Shown one piece after another: positions 62,037 through 64,000 of a stretch of 64,000 bases of DNA. Both the position numbers and the translations under genes were made by a program. How positions within the stretch are numbered: the stretch's first letter is position 1; each line of letters starts with the position of its first letter. The notes under the pieces were generated by a model. It was not told the DNA's origin and did not search any database. It saw only the letters and a list, made by a program, of their open reading frames with translations. The DNA comes from Paraspadella gotoi (taxonomy: Eukaryota; Animalia; Chaetognatha). The DNA is taken from assembly GCA_051294375.1 (NCBI GenBank), contig CM119267.1, positions 24,374,223 through 24,438,222 on the forward strand, written 5' to 3'.

Positions 62037-63692
62037 CTACCTGACCAAAATCCAAGTGAGAATCATCTGCGCCGCCAACACGATGGCCAACGCCATCAAG
62101 TCTCTGCGACTGAGTCCCTCGCTCCGCCGCTCCGATTCGTTGGCCTCCACGATCCGCTTGAGTTGCAAGATCTGTTGCTGCAGAGGATGGACGACCCGCT
62201 GGAGGTCTTCGGGAGAAAAAGCGGCGGCGGCGGCGGCTGCGGGCGAAGGGGACGGGAGACGCGGGGCGGAGCGCGATTGTTTCCTCGGCGAGGAGGACGT
62301 GGAAGTCTTCGACGGAGGCGATTTCCGGTTGTCAGACTTTTTACCGGTGCCATCTTTACTGGCGGCGCCGACTTCCGGGCCGGCGCCTCCTCCGCCGTTT
62401 CCAGAGTCAGAGGATTCGGTGTCCTCCGGGAGATAAACGGAGCCCGTCGACGAGCCGCTCTCCAGAGTCTGTAGCGCAGCAACTTTGGGTTGGGGCGCGG
62501 ATTTGTCTCTTCGAGGCGCCGACCCTGCGCCGGTTGTAGAGGCGGTGCCGGGCTCTCCGCCGACGCCGCCGCCGGAAGAGGAGGATTTTCCTGAAAAACA
62601 AAACCTCGGTTCACATCGATCGGTTTCACGGGAAAAAATATTGTTATCATATTCATAGCAATATTTATTATTTATTACGTCGTCGATCAACGAATCTTGA
62701 TTGGTGGCCGATGAAACCCGGCACCGACCAATCAGCGATCTAGTTAGACGTATTTGAAAAATAAGACTTCTGACCCGGCTCTGTGCATTATAAATAGACC
62801 AAGCTTCTTCTAGTAGACCTTGTCACACCGCGCGCGTCTCTCCCTCACCCATATCTACAGAAATATTTCACCTTAAAAATCCATGCTTTTAATGATGTAC
62901 ATCATGTACATCATGTCTACACATCCCCAAACGCTAAGCCAACCTGACGAGAGTTTCCTGGCTTCTCTTTTGGCGGCGGCGTTTTTCTTCTTCGCCGCGA
63001 CGCAGGTGAGACTCGTCGTCCGAATGACGGTCGTTCGATGTCGCGTCTTTGTCTCGATGACGAAATCTCTCTCGAATTGGATCAAGTCGTTGTTTGGATC
63101 CCAGGGGCGAGAGTCAGCGTATCTTAGGGGGTTGGGATCGATCGTGAGAAAGGGTTGGAAGGTGGGGGGGGGAGTTGAGAAAATCATCAAAGAAAAGGAT
63201 CTATCGACGGACTTGATTGGACCTGCTCACGGCGTGGGATGCGATTTTTAAAAAATCATCGGACAGCTGACCAATAATCGACCTCAATTCACCTTCTGGC
63301 TGAACAATTAACAACAGAGACAGACTGTGGGGGTGTTACCAGGCAACGATTGCTGGTTAAGAGTCCACTCTCAACTACAACTATTAATTATGAAATCCAG
63401 TATCGTTTGTCATTACATTGCATCATTAATAAAAATTGTCATAATAAAGACTAAGTGAAATTAACCTTCCCTTCTACAAACCCTCACCCACCTGTAGACC
63501 CACTCCCCCAACAGTTCGTCCTTCTCGAAGAGTTTAGTCTCCACCTCCTCGTCTCGCTCCTTCCTCCGCTTGGCGGCGGCGCGTTGCGCGTCTTCGAGCA
63601 CACCCTTCTCCTCCGCCGCCGCGTGGACGTCGTTGCCCACGATCGCCGCCGAAACGCGTCGCCAGAGCCTCTCCGATTCCCAGGAGTCCTTA
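62037..63692 (-). CDS. OSBPL8: Oxysterol-binding protein-related protein 5/8 homologue, 3' exons (gene continues beyond the window)
   Basis: ESERLWRRVSAAIVGNDVHAAAEEKGVLEDAQRAAAKRRKE...LFEKDELLGEWVYRYADSRPWDPNNDLIQFERDFVIETKTRHRT, then a coiled coil and C-terminal TM helix LMALAIVLAAQMILTWILVR typical of ORP5/ORP8. Confidence 0.88.
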
Positions 63693-63745
63693 GGACGTGA
63701 AGGTGAGAGGGATGAGAGAGAGAGAGAGATTCTCTTCTCTCTTCT

Positions 63746-63855
<110 letters not shown>

Positions 63856-64000
63856 CACTTCTCTCTCTCTGACCACGATCGAAGAAGGACGCACGAATTC
63901 TAAGCTCTGATTTTTTTACCAAAAACAAACACAAAAAAAAAAAAACAAAAAAAAAAAAACTAATCTTCTGTGAAACTTACATACAAAAACTCTATACAGC

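Overview
AT-rich invertebrate (metazoan, probably non-chordate) genomic DNA with GC-rich exons, short introns, many (AG)n microsatellites and non-autonomous repeats. I reconstructed eight spliced genes by hand, all on the minus strand. From left to right: a RIG-I-like helicase apparently lacking a signalling domain (3' part not in the window); a complete RIG-I-like receptor with an N-terminal death-effector domain (DED) instead of CARDs; a ZCCHC24-type 3CxxC zinc-finger protein with a large Cys-rich insertion; an EPSTI1 homologue; a long-coil-1b intermediate filament probably fused to an EF-hand tail; a BTB-C2H2 transcription factor; a BTB-BACK-2xUBL-F5/8C protein; and the 3' end of an OSBPL8/5 homologue. 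The first four form a tight ~18 kb cluster of genes related to vertebrate interferon-stimulated or antiviral genes, and this is the leading candidate for an undescribed system. Other highlights are a complete TRIM retroelement whose LTRs each contain a tRNA-like Pol III unit (Cassandra-like), recurrent GC-AG introns, paired CCAAT boxes at 30-33 bp spacing in a 14 kb gene-free stretch, and a 3 kb foldback element. All homology calls come from motif recognition by eye; no searches were run.
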